Shown in pieces: positions 17,681 through 26,484 of a stretch of DNA of 64,000 nt. The stretch lies in IMG/VR virus record IMGVR_UViG_3300021437_000012, positions 1 through 64,000 of that record; one strand, written 5' to 3'. The position numbers and the translations under genes were made by a program. Each line of letters starts with the position of its first letter. The first letter of the stretch is position 1. Under the pieces are notes generated by a model. It saw nothing but the letters and a program-made list of their open reading frames with translations, had not been told where the DNA came from and did no database searches. The stretch is from a virus.

Positions 17681-19044
17681 TGAATTTTCTGTTGGTCGAT
17701 GCAGTATCTAAGATTGACCCTCAGACTAAGTATGTAGAAATTCCTTCAGACCCCCGTTGTCCGTTCGACTATATTATTGGTACACGGGACGGTCGAAGAA
17801 TTGGCTGTGATGTGAGGCTTCAGTATGTGGGTGTACGTGTAAAGTCCATAGACCTTACATTAGCTGCGCAAGATCGTCGTATTGAGTACGCGCGGGAAAA
17901 TAAATTGCGTGCTCGTATTGTGGTCATGGAATTTGATCAGGCGAAATTAGTACTCAGAGTATACCGCTTCGATGGTGGTGTGCAGGCCGTATCAAAAGAT
18001 CAAATGACTTATTGCGGCGATGTGAGCTTGCAAGAAAAGATCGTCGCGCGTTCCTTCGATGTGCGTACTGCGAAAGGCGACCAGCTTACGTGGTTGCGCA
18101 ATGGGCTTCTGAAATTGAAAGGCGGTAGAGGATCGGGGAATTATGGGCACGCCGGCCGTCCCGGCGAAGTTGGCGGGTCAAGCGGCGAAGGTGGATTTTC
18201 ACATAAGAACTATCATCAGGCTGTCCATGATGGCACTAAATGGACGTTGGCTGACGGTAGTCCGCTACCCGCTCATTTGGAAAAAGTTCGCATTCCGCCT
18301 GCGTGGAGATTTGTTTCAGTCGCGAAAGATCCAAATGCTGCTTTGTTAGTGCGCGGTGTGGATAGTAAAGATCGTGTACAGTCGATCTATAGTGCTACAT
18401 ATGCAGGACAACAGGCAGCAGCGAAGTTTGAACGGACTAAAGAACTACTTTCAAAGCTTGAACAGGTGCGTAAGGACAACCAGGAGAATTTCAATTCACG
18501 TGATCCTAAGACGCGCGATGCTGCCATCGTGACTGAGTTAATCGCGGCAACAGGAGTTCGGCCTGGAAGCGATAAGAATACTGGTGGTGAGAAGCAGGCG
18601 TATGGTGCAACTACCTTACTTGGTAAGCATGTTGTGAAAGACGGCGGTTCTGTGCGGCTGCAATTCACTGGTAAGAAGGGCGTTGATTTAGATATCGAAG
18701 TTCCTTCAGGGAAAGTTGCGGATATTATTCAGCAACGAGCGAAAGAGGTGGGATCTAACGGTCGTCTTTTTAGTATTACCGATTCTGAATTACGTGATTA
18801 TGTAGCTGATCAGGCCGGTGATGGTTTTCATCCAAAGGATTTGCGCACTGCACGTGGGACTTCTGAGGCGCTGCGTACTGTAAAAGATATACCTATACCT
18901 AAGAACGCGAAAGAATATAAGAAAGCAGTGCGTGAGGTTGCGAAACGGGTGAGTAAGGTATTGGGCAATACGCCTACGGTTGCGTTACAATCTTATATAG
19001 ACCCTCACGTTTTTGCGAAGTGGAGAGAAGCAGCCAATGCCTAA
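17680..19044 (+). CDS. tagged DNA topoisomerase IB (bacterial/poxviral type) with N-terminal extra domain
   Basis: IPPAW, G.DSKDR.Q.IY, catalytic R(PGS), GKKG, KDLRT, GNT, SYIDP; preceded by the GG tag. Confidence 0.9.
   Translation: MNFLLVDAVSKIDPQTKYVEIPSDPRCPFDYIIGTRDGRRIGCDVRLQYVGVRVKSIDLTLAAQDRRIEYARENKLRARIVVMEFDQAKLVLRVYRFDGGVQAVSKDQMTYCGDVSLQEKIVARSFDVRTAKGDQLTWLRNGLLKLKGGRGSGNYGHAGRPGEVGGSSGEGGFSHKNYHQAVHDGTKWTLADGSPLPAHLEKVRIPPAWRFVSVAKDPNAALLVRGVDSKDRVQSIYSATYAGQQAAAKFERTKELLSKLEQVRKDNQENFNSRDPKTRDAAIVTELIAATGVRPGSDKNTGGEKQAYGATTLLGKHVVKDGGSVRLQFTGKKGVDLDIEVPSGKVADIIQQRAKEVGSNGRLFSITDSELRDYVADQAGDGFHPKDLRTARGTSEALRTVKDIPIPKNAKEYKKAVREVAKRVSKVLGNTPTVALQSYIDPHVFAKWREAANA
18121..18180 (+). 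repeat. GG tag copy 1
   Basis: LLKLK|GGRGSGNYGHAGRPGEVGGS. Confidence 0.95.
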
Positions 19045-20230
19045 CGACCAAATTGATGCGGATGTATATGTAGGGTCAGCAGGAAATGTCGTTGAGGATT
19101 GGCGCACCGTTCTCAACAGCGACGAAGATCCGGATGATGAAGAATTAGCGCATACGCCTGATGATGTTATCGCGGCGTTGGGGTTTGATCCGCTAGACTT
19201 TGATACTGAAAACGACGGTATTCAAACTGTAACCAAAGGTGGCGCGGGTTCGGGTAATTTTGGCCATGCGGGTAGGCCCGGAGAAGTTGGGGGAAGTAGT
19301 GCAGATGTCACTATTTCTCATGACGTAGCTATTTCAGCAAAACCCGTTGTGGCATCGGCCTCCTCTAAAGTAGGCGTACCAGCTAGTTCGGTGCCTACTA
19401 AAGTTCCCCGCATTGCGAATTTACCTAAAGAGTTAGCTGCTGCACAAGAGAGATTCGCGACTAAGTATGAATCGAATCCGCAAGGTGCGTACGATGAATA
19501 CTACAAAGCTGCAATGACTCATCCTACGGAGCCCGCGGTATTTAACGCTGACAACGCAAAGGCGATGTCGGAAGACTATCGTAATACGGGCTCGTTAGAA
19601 TCTCGTGCGCAGTATAATGTCGCAGTTCACGCAACAGCAGACGCAATCGCCAAGGGTGCATTTCTCAAGAGACTTGACGAAATTGCAAAAATGCCCGTAG
19701 ACCAGCGCAATATACTCGTTACGTCAGGTGGCGTTGGTGCAGGTAAGTCTTCAGGGCTCCCTTTTATTCCTAAAAGTGTCGGGTTCAATGCAGTTTGGGA
19801 TTCAACTGGTGAGCTAAACTCTACTGAGAATGAATGGGTGCAGAAAGAAGCGGAGAAGCGCGGTATCGATGTAACGCACCTTTTCGTACATGCCGATCCG
19901 CTAACCGTATGGCCTCGTGTCATTGAGCGCGGAATTAAAACTGGGCGTATGGTAGATGCTACTTTATTTGCAGAATCTTACAATGATGGTGCGCATAACT
20001 TCGCATCGTTTAATGAAGCTCAAATAAATAACCCGCGTGCGCATTTTTACTTTGTGGACAATTCAGGTAAGCCTGAAGATCGTAAGGCATTATCGGCGTT
20101 TCCTTCACAGGCACTTAAGGTGCGGAAAGAAGAGTTGAGGGCCTACGCGCAGCAAAAGTTACGTGAATCAAACGCACCAGATTGGGTGAAAAAGTATGGC
20201 GACATCGGAAAAGATATCTGGAAAGACTGA
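19037..20230 (+). CDS. tagged zeta-toxin-like P-loop kinase with acidic N-terminal leader
   Basis: GGAG RBS before ATG 19037; TSGGVGAGKSS, VWDST, FVHADP....RV.ER...TGRMV. Confidence 0.8.
   Translation: MPNDQIDADVYVGSAGNVVEDWRTVLNSDEDPDDEELAHTPDDVIAALGFDPLDFDTENDGIQTVTKGGAGSGNFGHAGRPGEVGGSSADVTISHDVAISAKPVVASASSKVGVPASSVPTKVPRIANLPKELAAAQERFATKYESNPQGAYDEYYKAAMTHPTEPAVFNADNAKAMSEDYRNTGSLESRAQYNVAVHATADAIAKGAFLKRLDEIAKMPVDQRNILVTSGGVGAGKSSGLPFIPKSVGFNAVWDSTGELNSTENEWVQKEAEKRGIDVTHLFVHADPLTVWPRVIERGIKTGRMVDATLFAESYNDGAHNFASFNEAQINNPRAHFYFVDNSGKPEDRKALSAFPSQALKVRKEELRAYAQQKLRESNAPDWVKKYGDIGKDIWKD
19238..19297 (+). repeat. GG tag copy 2
   Basis: TVTK|GGAGSGNFGHAGRPGEVGGS. Confidence 0.95.
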
Positions 20231-20375
20231 CGTGCCCGAATGGCTTCAGGCTTATATCGACGGTCTTAAGTGGGAGGCCGAAAATAAAGATGAAGCTATT
20301 GCAAAGGAAGTTGCCGCCGTTGAGGCTAATTTGGAGCGCGCTGGTATGAAGCGGGTAGAGGATACAAAGAAGTGA
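20196..20375 (+). CDS. 59-aa helical protein (candidate antitoxin)
   Basis: Not in the track; MATSEKISGKTDVPEWLQAYIDGLKWEAENKDEAIAKEV...; overlaps the end of the zeta-like gene. Confidence 0.6.
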   Translation: MATSEKISGKTDVPEWLQAYIDGLKWEAENKDEAIAKEVAAVEANLERAGMKRVEDTKK

Positions 20376-20737
20376 TTCAGTATAAAGGCGCAGATATTTG
20401 TACAGTAGAGGAGTTTATGGGACTTCTTCAGGCTGTACGTGTGGTCGGCAAACAGATTCCGTATATTGCGAAGTTGGGTGTCGATACACCGAAGGAAGTT
20501 CATTTGCTTGACGAACTTACAGGCATAATTCGAGATGGACGATTGAATGAGGATATACGTGTCATTGCAAGGAAAGCGTACCATCGTGTGCGCAATGCGG
20601 GTGGGACTACGCAGAGTGTAGCTAAGGTGTACAATGTAGCAGAAGTGGAGAAGGTTTACTTGGGCGACGAGTGGGACGCTGACGATTATGTGGTGAAGAG
20701 TGGGCGTGTTAAGGTTAAAGAAGGGGGAAGCATTTAA
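20372..20737 (+). CDS. hypothetical protein
   Basis: GTGA overlap with the previous ORF. Confidence 0.7.
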   Translation: MIQYKGADICTVEEFMGLLQAVRVVGKQIPYIAKLGVDTPKEVHLLDELTGIIRDGRLNEDIRVIARKAYHRVRNAGGTTQSVAKVYNVAEVEKVYLGDEWDADDYVVKSGRVKVKEGGSI

Positions 20738-20877
20738 TGTCGGAGCAAGAACAGATACCGCCAGCTAAAATCACCGATGTCTATTTGACATTTATTTCCC
20801 CTGATGCAACGGACGATGAAATTAACGCTTTTATTGAAGGCATACTAGGTGAGGACGATGAAGACGGCAATCGATGA
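20737..20877 (+). CDS. 46-aa acidic protein
   Basis: Not in the track; TAATG coupling; ...SPDATDDEINAFIEGILGEDDEDGNR. Confidence 0.6.
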   Translation: MSEQEQIPPAKITDVYLTFISPDATDDEINAFIEGILGEDDEDGNR

Positions 20878-21019
20878 ACGGCAGAAATTCTTAAATGAAC
20901 AGATGGCGGTATTGGCTACACTGGACAATATTAAGAATTTGTTGGTGGAGGACTTACGGAAAGCGGGACAAGAGATGGAAGCAACTAAGTTAGAAAAAGA
21001 GTGGCAAGAACTTGGCTGA
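20858..21019 (+). CDS. 53-aa helical protein
   Basis: Not in the track; GGTGAGG RBS; MKTAIDERQKFLNEQMAVLATLDNIKNLL... Confidence 0.6.
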   Translation: MKTAIDERQKFLNEQMAVLATLDNIKNLLVEDLRKAGQEMEATKLEKEWQELG

Positions 21020-23627
21020 TTTATCGTTTCTTCAGGCTAGTTTAATTAAGCTTAAGGGTGGTTCGGGCAGTGGTAACTTTGGGCATTCAGGTAGGCCCGG
21101 AGAAGTAGGTGGGTCAAGTTCGAGTGGAGAATCGTCGCCACATGTGCGTGCGTTGCGAAATCTCGCTGCACGAGTGCCTGTATTACGTGGAGAGTTAGAC
21201 CCTAGAGCAAATGCGGACAAATTAGTTAACCAAGCAAAAGTAAGTAGGTACGGGTATTCAAGTCTTAACCCTGCGAGCTTACAAGATTGGCAAGCAGAAG
21301 TTAATAAGCAGTTTGAAGAACTGAAAGCTCAACCACTTATTCATGGAGCTTCTATTCCTTTATTACAAGAGATTGACAAAAATGGGTTGAAATCTAATAG
21401 GCTTGTAAATGGTGTGGCGCAAACAAAATACAACAAACTTATGGAAACTGTAACTAAATTACAAGTACTGCGAGATAAAGGTATACTTTCATCGACGCAG
21501 TATCATAAATATATAGCTGACATGACACAGGTGAAACAGCAGTTAGAGCTACAAGCTGCCGCTGGCTCTACATATGAAAAGGATCGTAACGCTGGGTTAG
21601 ATCAATTTGTATTTATGTCTCATGGTAGCGCAAATCCTTACGGTGATGTTAAGGTTGTAATTGATAATTCGGTGCTTGAATCACCGAAGACTTTCGCTAC
21701 GCCGAAAGACATCGCTCAGATGTATACTGACTTTGATCCACCACATGCTTATGCGGATAAAACTCAAGAGGAATATCGAAAGAGTGTAGTCAACGATGGT
21801 GGATACTACGAAGCCGCAGCAGCAGAGCGGGTTAGAAGTCATGCCGATGAGCATGGTTCATTTGAAGTTAAATCAGCGGATGTAATACCGCCCGATAAGA
21901 TACTAGGTTATGTAGCGCCTGTAAACGCCGAATTGCCTAAATTAAATCATCCGGTAATTACCTACTCGCCTAAAGTATACGGTAACGTTGACATAGGCGC
22001 TGATTTTACCGTATTGGATTTCCCTAATGGTACAAAGTTAAATGAATGGAATCTACGCCGTGAGATATACAAATTAATGCAGTCTGGTGAATATAAGAAG
22101 TACCTCGGACGCGGTGCAGCCCGGAAAGCAGCGTATGACGCAGGTAAGCGGTATCACTTTGGTAGGCCGACTTCTGACACTGTGGAAGAAGACCCGAAAA
22201 ATGCTTTTCTTGATGTGGCGTTGATCAAGTTAAAGGGGGGTGCGGGTAGTGGTAACTTCGGGCATGAAGGACGGCCTGGTGAGGTTGGTGGGTCTAGTGT
22301 GGGCGGCGGGCGCAGTCGTGCGGCGTTAGCAAAGTTGAAGGAACTTCGACCGGAGGCGATTAAGAAGATTGATGAAATAGCACAACATACTAAAATTGGT
22401 GATACATGGGAGCAACTCGATTTAGGGCAACAGCGTGATGCTGAAGAACGCTTTACGCAATTTAGTAAGGGGGACATACAGAGCATTATATACGGCAATC
22501 TGCACCATATGTCCGATAAGGAAGTTGTCGGACTAAAAACTAATCGGTTAGCACTACACGCGGCAGAATCAGAAACTCGTGGCATGTCTGAGAAGTTTGA
22601 TATTGACAGTAAAAAATTAGTGACTTTACGCGCAGGTCTTTCGTCAAAAACTGATTTATCTACGTTTGATTTTTCTAGCTTGTTAAGAAATCCTGATGTA
22701 CTTAGTGATGAGGAAAAAGTAGCCTTTAATAAACAACTACAAAAAGCAGCCGGCGCAGAAAAGTTGTCAGCAGACCAGTATATTTCTGGACAATCTGAAG
22801 ATTACTTTAGTACTGTGCGCAGTAATTTAGAAGTTGATTTAACGTACGACGTATTAGAGTCTAAATGGAATGCTAAGACCGACGAAGAAAAAATGAAGTA
22901 TTACAGTGGGTCAAGTACAGAACTTCTTCGTTCGACGGTAGTTGCTCGCGCCGCAGAACTCAATCCAATGTCCAAAGACTGGCTTGCTAAATCTAACGAT
23001 AATTTATGGGGTACATGGAAGTCTGCGAGTCAATCTCCTGATGCTCTTATTATTCAGAACGCCGCTATGCACACATTTGGGGTTAATCCGCCGTATAAGT
23101 GGGCTGATAGGGTTGAGGATTTTGACAAAGAGTACGGACCTTTGTATGGGCATAGTGCACCAGATGTGATTAAAGAGAAATCTGCACTTCTCAAAGCCCA
23201 ATGGGAGACTACGCAATGGCTGCTGAAAGATAAACCCGTACCAGACTATCTCTACCGTGCTGTATACGTAGATAAAAGTAACTTCGAGTCTACAATTAGT
23301 GAAGCAGAAGCAGGGCTTGACATGACGGACCACTATGCTCAAGCCTTAGCTGAACGGCGACTCGAAGGAACTAAATTAGATAACTTACAACTCATGCGTA
23401 ATCCGATGAATTCTTTTACTTCCGATCTAAGCGTCGCTAATACTTGGGATGGCGTCGGCGAAATACCCAAAGGTGCAGTGCGCGTTGTAATTCGTGCTAA
23501 GATACCTAAAGAGGCGATTTTGTCTACACCTGAATTTGGGGATAATGCATACAATGAATCAGAGTACGTTGTGTTGGGAACGCCTTGGGAGTGGGAGGCG
23601 TTTTATGATAAGGCGCCAAGTGCATAA
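21012..23627 (+). CDS. doubly tagged polyprotein with two ADP-ribosyltransferase-like domains
   Basis: Unit 1: LIHGAS...GLKS...FVFMS...YG...FEVK...IPPDKI. Unit 2: LYRAV...SFTSD...NESEYVV (R-S-E with ExE). Confidence 0.7.
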   Translation: MADLSFLQASLIKLKGGSGSGNFGHSGRPGEVGGSSSSGESSPHVRALRNLAARVPVLRGELDPRANADKLVNQAKVSRYGYSSLNPASLQDWQAEVNKQFEELKAQPLIHGASIPLLQEIDKNGLKSNRLVNGVAQTKYNKLMETVTKLQVLRDKGILSSTQYHKYIADMTQVKQQLELQAAAGSTYEKDRNAGLDQFVFMSHGSANPYGDVKVVIDNSVLESPKTFATPKDIAQMYTDFDPPHAYADKTQEEYRKSVVNDGGYYEAAAAERVRSHADEHGSFEVKSADVIPPDKILGYVAPVNAELPKLNHPVITYSPKVYGNVDIGADFTVLDFPNGTKLNEWNLRREIYKLMQSGEYKKYLGRGAARKAAYDAGKRYHFGRPTSDTVEEDPKNAFLDVALIKLKGGAGSGNFGHEGRPGEVGGSSVGGGRSRAALAKLKELRPEAIKKIDEIAQHTKIGDTWEQLDLGQQRDAEERFTQFSKGDIQSIIYGNLHHMSDKEVVGLKTNRLALHAAESETRGMSEKFDIDSKKLVTLRAGLSSKTDLSTFDFSSLLRNPDVLSDEEKVAFNKQLQKAAGAEKLSADQYISGQSEDYFSTVRSNLEVDLTYDVLESKWNAKTDEEKMKYYSGSSTELLRSTVVARAAELNPMSKDWLAKSNDNLWGTWKSASQSPDALIIQNAAMHTFGVNPPYKWADRVEDFDKEYGPLYGHSAPDVIKEKSALLKAQWETTQWLLKDKPVPDYLYRAVYVDKSNFESTISEAEAGLDMTDHYAQALAERRLEGTKLDNLQLMRNPMNSFTSDLSVANTWDGVGEIPKGAVRVVIRAKIPKEAILSTPEFGDNAYNESEYVVLGTPWEWEAFYDKAPSA
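21057..21116 (+). repeat. GG tag copy 3
   Basis: LIKLK|GGSGSGNFGHSGRPGEVGGS. Confidence 0.95.
22236..22295 (+). repeat. GG tag copy 4 (internal)
   Basis: LIKLK|GGAGSGNFGHEGRPGEVGGS. Confidence 0.95.
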
Positions 23628-24500
23628 ATGCCCATAATCATTGACCTAGGCGACGAAACGCAGACAGGGCCGGGAAACTGGTTGACGCATTGGGTTAACC
23701 AGCAGAAGGCTAAAGCGAAGCCTGTCATACAAAATCCGCACCACAAACTTACTTCGGCAACTATCGCCAAAGCACAACGTAAATCCAATGTAGACCGTTT
23801 ACTCGAATCCATCGACCTTATGCCGGATGATGTTACGTACTCTCACTTTGCAGACCTATTCGAGTCTGTAATAAAACAGTCCGCGGCACGCGCTATACGC
23901 AATATAAACCTCGATATTAGTGTTGATGACATTGACGAAGATATGCTGCGACAAATGGCGGAAGACCGCGTCGATAATTTCTTCGCCCAAATCAATGCTA
24001 CCACTGAGAACCAAATTCGTCGCGCGGTGGAAGACGGTATCAGTCAAGACGATTCCACGGATGAGCTAATTTCGCGCATTCAGGATGTCATTGAATCTCG
24101 GGCTAATAATGCGTGGAACATGGCGCAAACTCAGACTAATGGGCTTTCAAACTTTGGTGCGTTGTCAGCATATGATGAAGCAGGGGTTGAAGCTAATGGT
24201 TGGGGGACAATGCAAGATGAACGTGTACGGGATTCGCACGCTGAAATTGAAGGTGAAGAAGTTCCTGTTGGTGCGCAATTTTCAATTGGTGTTGCTTATC
24301 CTGGCGACCCTAGTGGAGATATTTCAGAAATTGCTAATTGTCGTTGCTTTCTGTACCCCGTAACCAAGTCCCGTGGCAAGTTGTACACTGCTGAAATTGA
24401 GAAGTCACATGACGATGCGTTGGATGTTAATACGCGGCGTATTGCGATTGCGGTAAAAAAGGTGATTCGTGGACAGATCAAGTTGATTCGATTGCGCTGA
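23628..24500 (+). CDS. MuF / SPP1 gp7-like minor head protein
   Basis: INATT...W.TMQDERVRDSH...GE.VP.G..F...YPGDP.G...EIANCRC. Confidence 0.9.
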   Translation: MPIIIDLGDETQTGPGNWLTHWVNQQKAKAKPVIQNPHHKLTSATIAKAQRKSNVDRLLESIDLMPDDVTYSHFADLFESVIKQSAARAIRNINLDISVDDIDEDMLRQMAEDRVDNFFAQINATTENQIRRAVEDGISQDDSTDELISRIQDVIESRANNAWNMAQTQTNGLSNFGALSAYDEAGVEANGWGTMQDERVRDSHAEIEGEEVPVGAQFSIGVAYPGDPSGDISEIANCRCFLYPVTKSRGKLYTAEIEKSHDDALDVNTRRIAIAVKKVIRGQIKLIRLR

Positions 24501-24540
24501 TGTTGTATTCTGGTAGTGCGGCGGTCAGCGCACCCGCCGC
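24483..24540 (+). promoter_or_regulatory. candidate promoter and 5' hairpin for protease/capsid
   Basis: TTGATT-N17-TATTCT, then a GCGGCGG/CCGCCGC stem and GGAG SD. Confidence 0.5.
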
Positions 24541-24555
24541 TTTGGAGCACCTAGA

Positions 24556-26484
24556 ATGTCCGTCTCTCTAGCTTATAAGGAATTCGACGCTGCGGCGGTC
24601 GCGAAATTCGCGCCGAGTCCTAACTCCAATGATAGCCGCGTTTTCCGCAACGTCCCTATCACTTCTGAGAATCAGGATAGGGACGGCGATGTAGTGCGCG
24701 TAGATGGTATCAAGCTGGACAATTTCCTGCGTAATCCCGTGCTGCTTTTCGTTCACAATAAGTTGCCTGGAATGCCCGTGTTCCCGGTTGGTAAAGTGTT
24801 GTCATTCAAGAAGGGTGCGCTAGCCGATGGAACTAAGGCGCTATTTGCCGATATTCAGTTTGCCAACATTGGCAATGAATTCATCGATACGCTTTACAAG
24901 TTATGGCAAGAGGGTTACATGTCGGCAACGTCGATTGGTTTTAAACCGATCAAGGCGCGATCGATTGACCAACGTGGACGCCCGCTTACCGATTTAGTTC
25001 CTGCTGGAAACGTTACGATGGATGCCGACATTGCTTCTAAGTTTCAGGCGATGATGGGTGGTCCTCGCGAATATCTCGAATCCGAGCTTGTTGAACTTTC
25101 AGTGGTGCCTGTCGGTTCTAATACTGACGCGGTATATCAGCGGTTCTTCACGCCTACGGTTATGAAGTCCTTTGAGGCGCTTGTCCATAAGACGATGGAT
25201 ACTCAGAATGGACTTGTCGAGGCGGGTAACGTTGCTGAAAAAAAGTGCGTTGGAACACACTGCCCCGACTGTGCGACCAAGGATGCTCACGGTTCTGCGC
25301 ACTGCGAAAAATGCACTGCACCCGATGTTATAAAAGAAGTCACTTGCGGCGGCGCGCACTGCGAAGGATGTGTGAACAAATCGCACGAGACTACGCATTG
25401 TGAAATGTGCGCGACCAAAGAAGTGACTAAAGGCGGCGCTGGCTCCGGTAACTTCGGCCATTCCGGTTCCGACTCTTGGGACGCTGCCTCGGAAGTTAAG
25501 AGCGCATCTACCGACGATCTAAATAAAATGTGCGCGTGGGTCGCAGACAAGCCCGACGCCGACCTAACAAAGTCGGATTACAAACTCCCGCACCATGAGC
25601 GCGCTGGGTACAAAACATCGTGGCCTGGAGTTAAAGCTGCGATGGGCGCACTTCTCGGTGCGCGTGGCGGCGTCGATATTCCGCAAGCGGATAAAGACGC
25701 CGTGTACAACCATTTGGCAAAACATTATGCAGAGTTTGACAAAAAGCCACCGGAAAACAAAGACTACACTCCTGCGCAGTTGAAGCGACTTTTCTCGAAT
25801 TCTTCACCTTCGGAAGTGGCGCGCGTTCTCAAGTCTCTCACCGTCGAAGAATGCCCGAATTGCAAAACCATCGCTACTGCATCCGTTGAGTGTGGTGGAT
25901 TCGTACCACACACTTCTGAGGCTGGTGAACTTTGCAACGGCCCCGATGAATTCGGCGCGCGTGGTGTGCCGGTTAAAACGCTTGTGCGTTCACTTGCACA
26001 TTCCCACTTCAAAGACTTCGCAGGCGAGCGCGAGAAGTTACTTTTAACTGGTGCAGCGAGTCTTACTTACAAAGAATCAGCTACTCAGTTAATAGCGCGG
26101 GCTGCACAATTTGTGAATTCGCTCGCACATAAGATGGAAATTGAACCTACTCCAATGGCTGATAACGACGGTGATGAGGATAAGGGTAACTTCACCGACG
26201 AAGATTATGCTACACTAACAGAGTCGATAGAAACTTTGAATCAGGTATTGGACGCTCTCCGCGTCGTCCAAACCCGGGCCAGTCAGACGCGGGTAACGCA
26301 ACCCTCGGGTGGCGACAATCAAGCGATGAACCAATTAAACGCAGAAACTCCAAATAAATCGCTATCGTCGTCCGAAATCGCCAAGTCGGTTGCGTCTAAT
26401 CCCGCACTTCTTAGTGCTGTGACTACACTGACTGAACGACTGACGACGGTAGCCAACGAGGCTACCAGTGGCAGACGAGCTTAA
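24556..26484 (+). CDS. HK97-type prohead protease with long C-terminal extension
   Basis: DRDGDVV, NPVLLFVH, SIGF, ELSVVPVGSN; then Cys/His repeats, truncated tag, KLPHH...GARGG domain, helical tail. Confidence 0.9.
   Translation: MSVSLAYKEFDAAAVAKFAPSPNSNDSRVFRNVPITSENQDRDGDVVRVDGIKLDNFLRNPVLLFVHNKLPGMPVFPVGKVLSFKKGALADGTKALFADIQFANIGNEFIDTLYKLWQEGYMSATSIGFKPIKARSIDQRGRPLTDLVPAGNVTMDADIASKFQAMMGGPREYLESELVELSVVPVGSNTDAVYQRFFTPTVMKSFEALVHKTMDTQNGLVEAGNVAEKKCVGTHCPDCATKDAHGSAHCEKCTAPDVIKEVTCGGAHCEGCVNKSHETTHCEMCATKEVTKGGAGSGNFGHSGSDSWDAASEVKSASTDDLNKMCAWVADKPDADLTKSDYKLPHHERAGYKTSWPGVKAAMGALLGARGGVDIPQADKDAVYNHLAKHYAEFDKKPPENKDYTPAQLKRLFSNSSPSEVARVLKSLTVEECPNCKTIATASVECGGFVPHTSEAGELCNGPDEFGARGVPVKTLVRSLAHSHFKDFAGEREKLLLTGAASLTYKESATQLIARAAQFVNSLAHKMEIEPTPMADNDGDEDKGNFTDEDYATLTESIETLNQVLDALRVVQTRASQTRVTQPSGGDNQAMNQLNAETPNKSLSSSEIAKSVASNPALLSAVTTLTERLTTVANEATSGRRA
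25432..25467 (+). repeat. GG tag copy 5 (truncated, in protease)
   Basis: EVTK|GGAGSGNFGHSG. Confidence 0.9.

Noticed and set aside
17680-19044. Tyrosine integrase
   Set aside because: Motifs (IPPAW, GKKG, KDLRT, GNT..V...SYI) match TopIB, not the R-H-x-x-R integrase pattern.
18121-25467. GG tag as a DNA repeat, mobile element or DGR variable repeat
   Set aside because: Copies diverge at synonymous positions and are always in frame; no reverse transcriptase, transposase or adenine-specific variation is seen.
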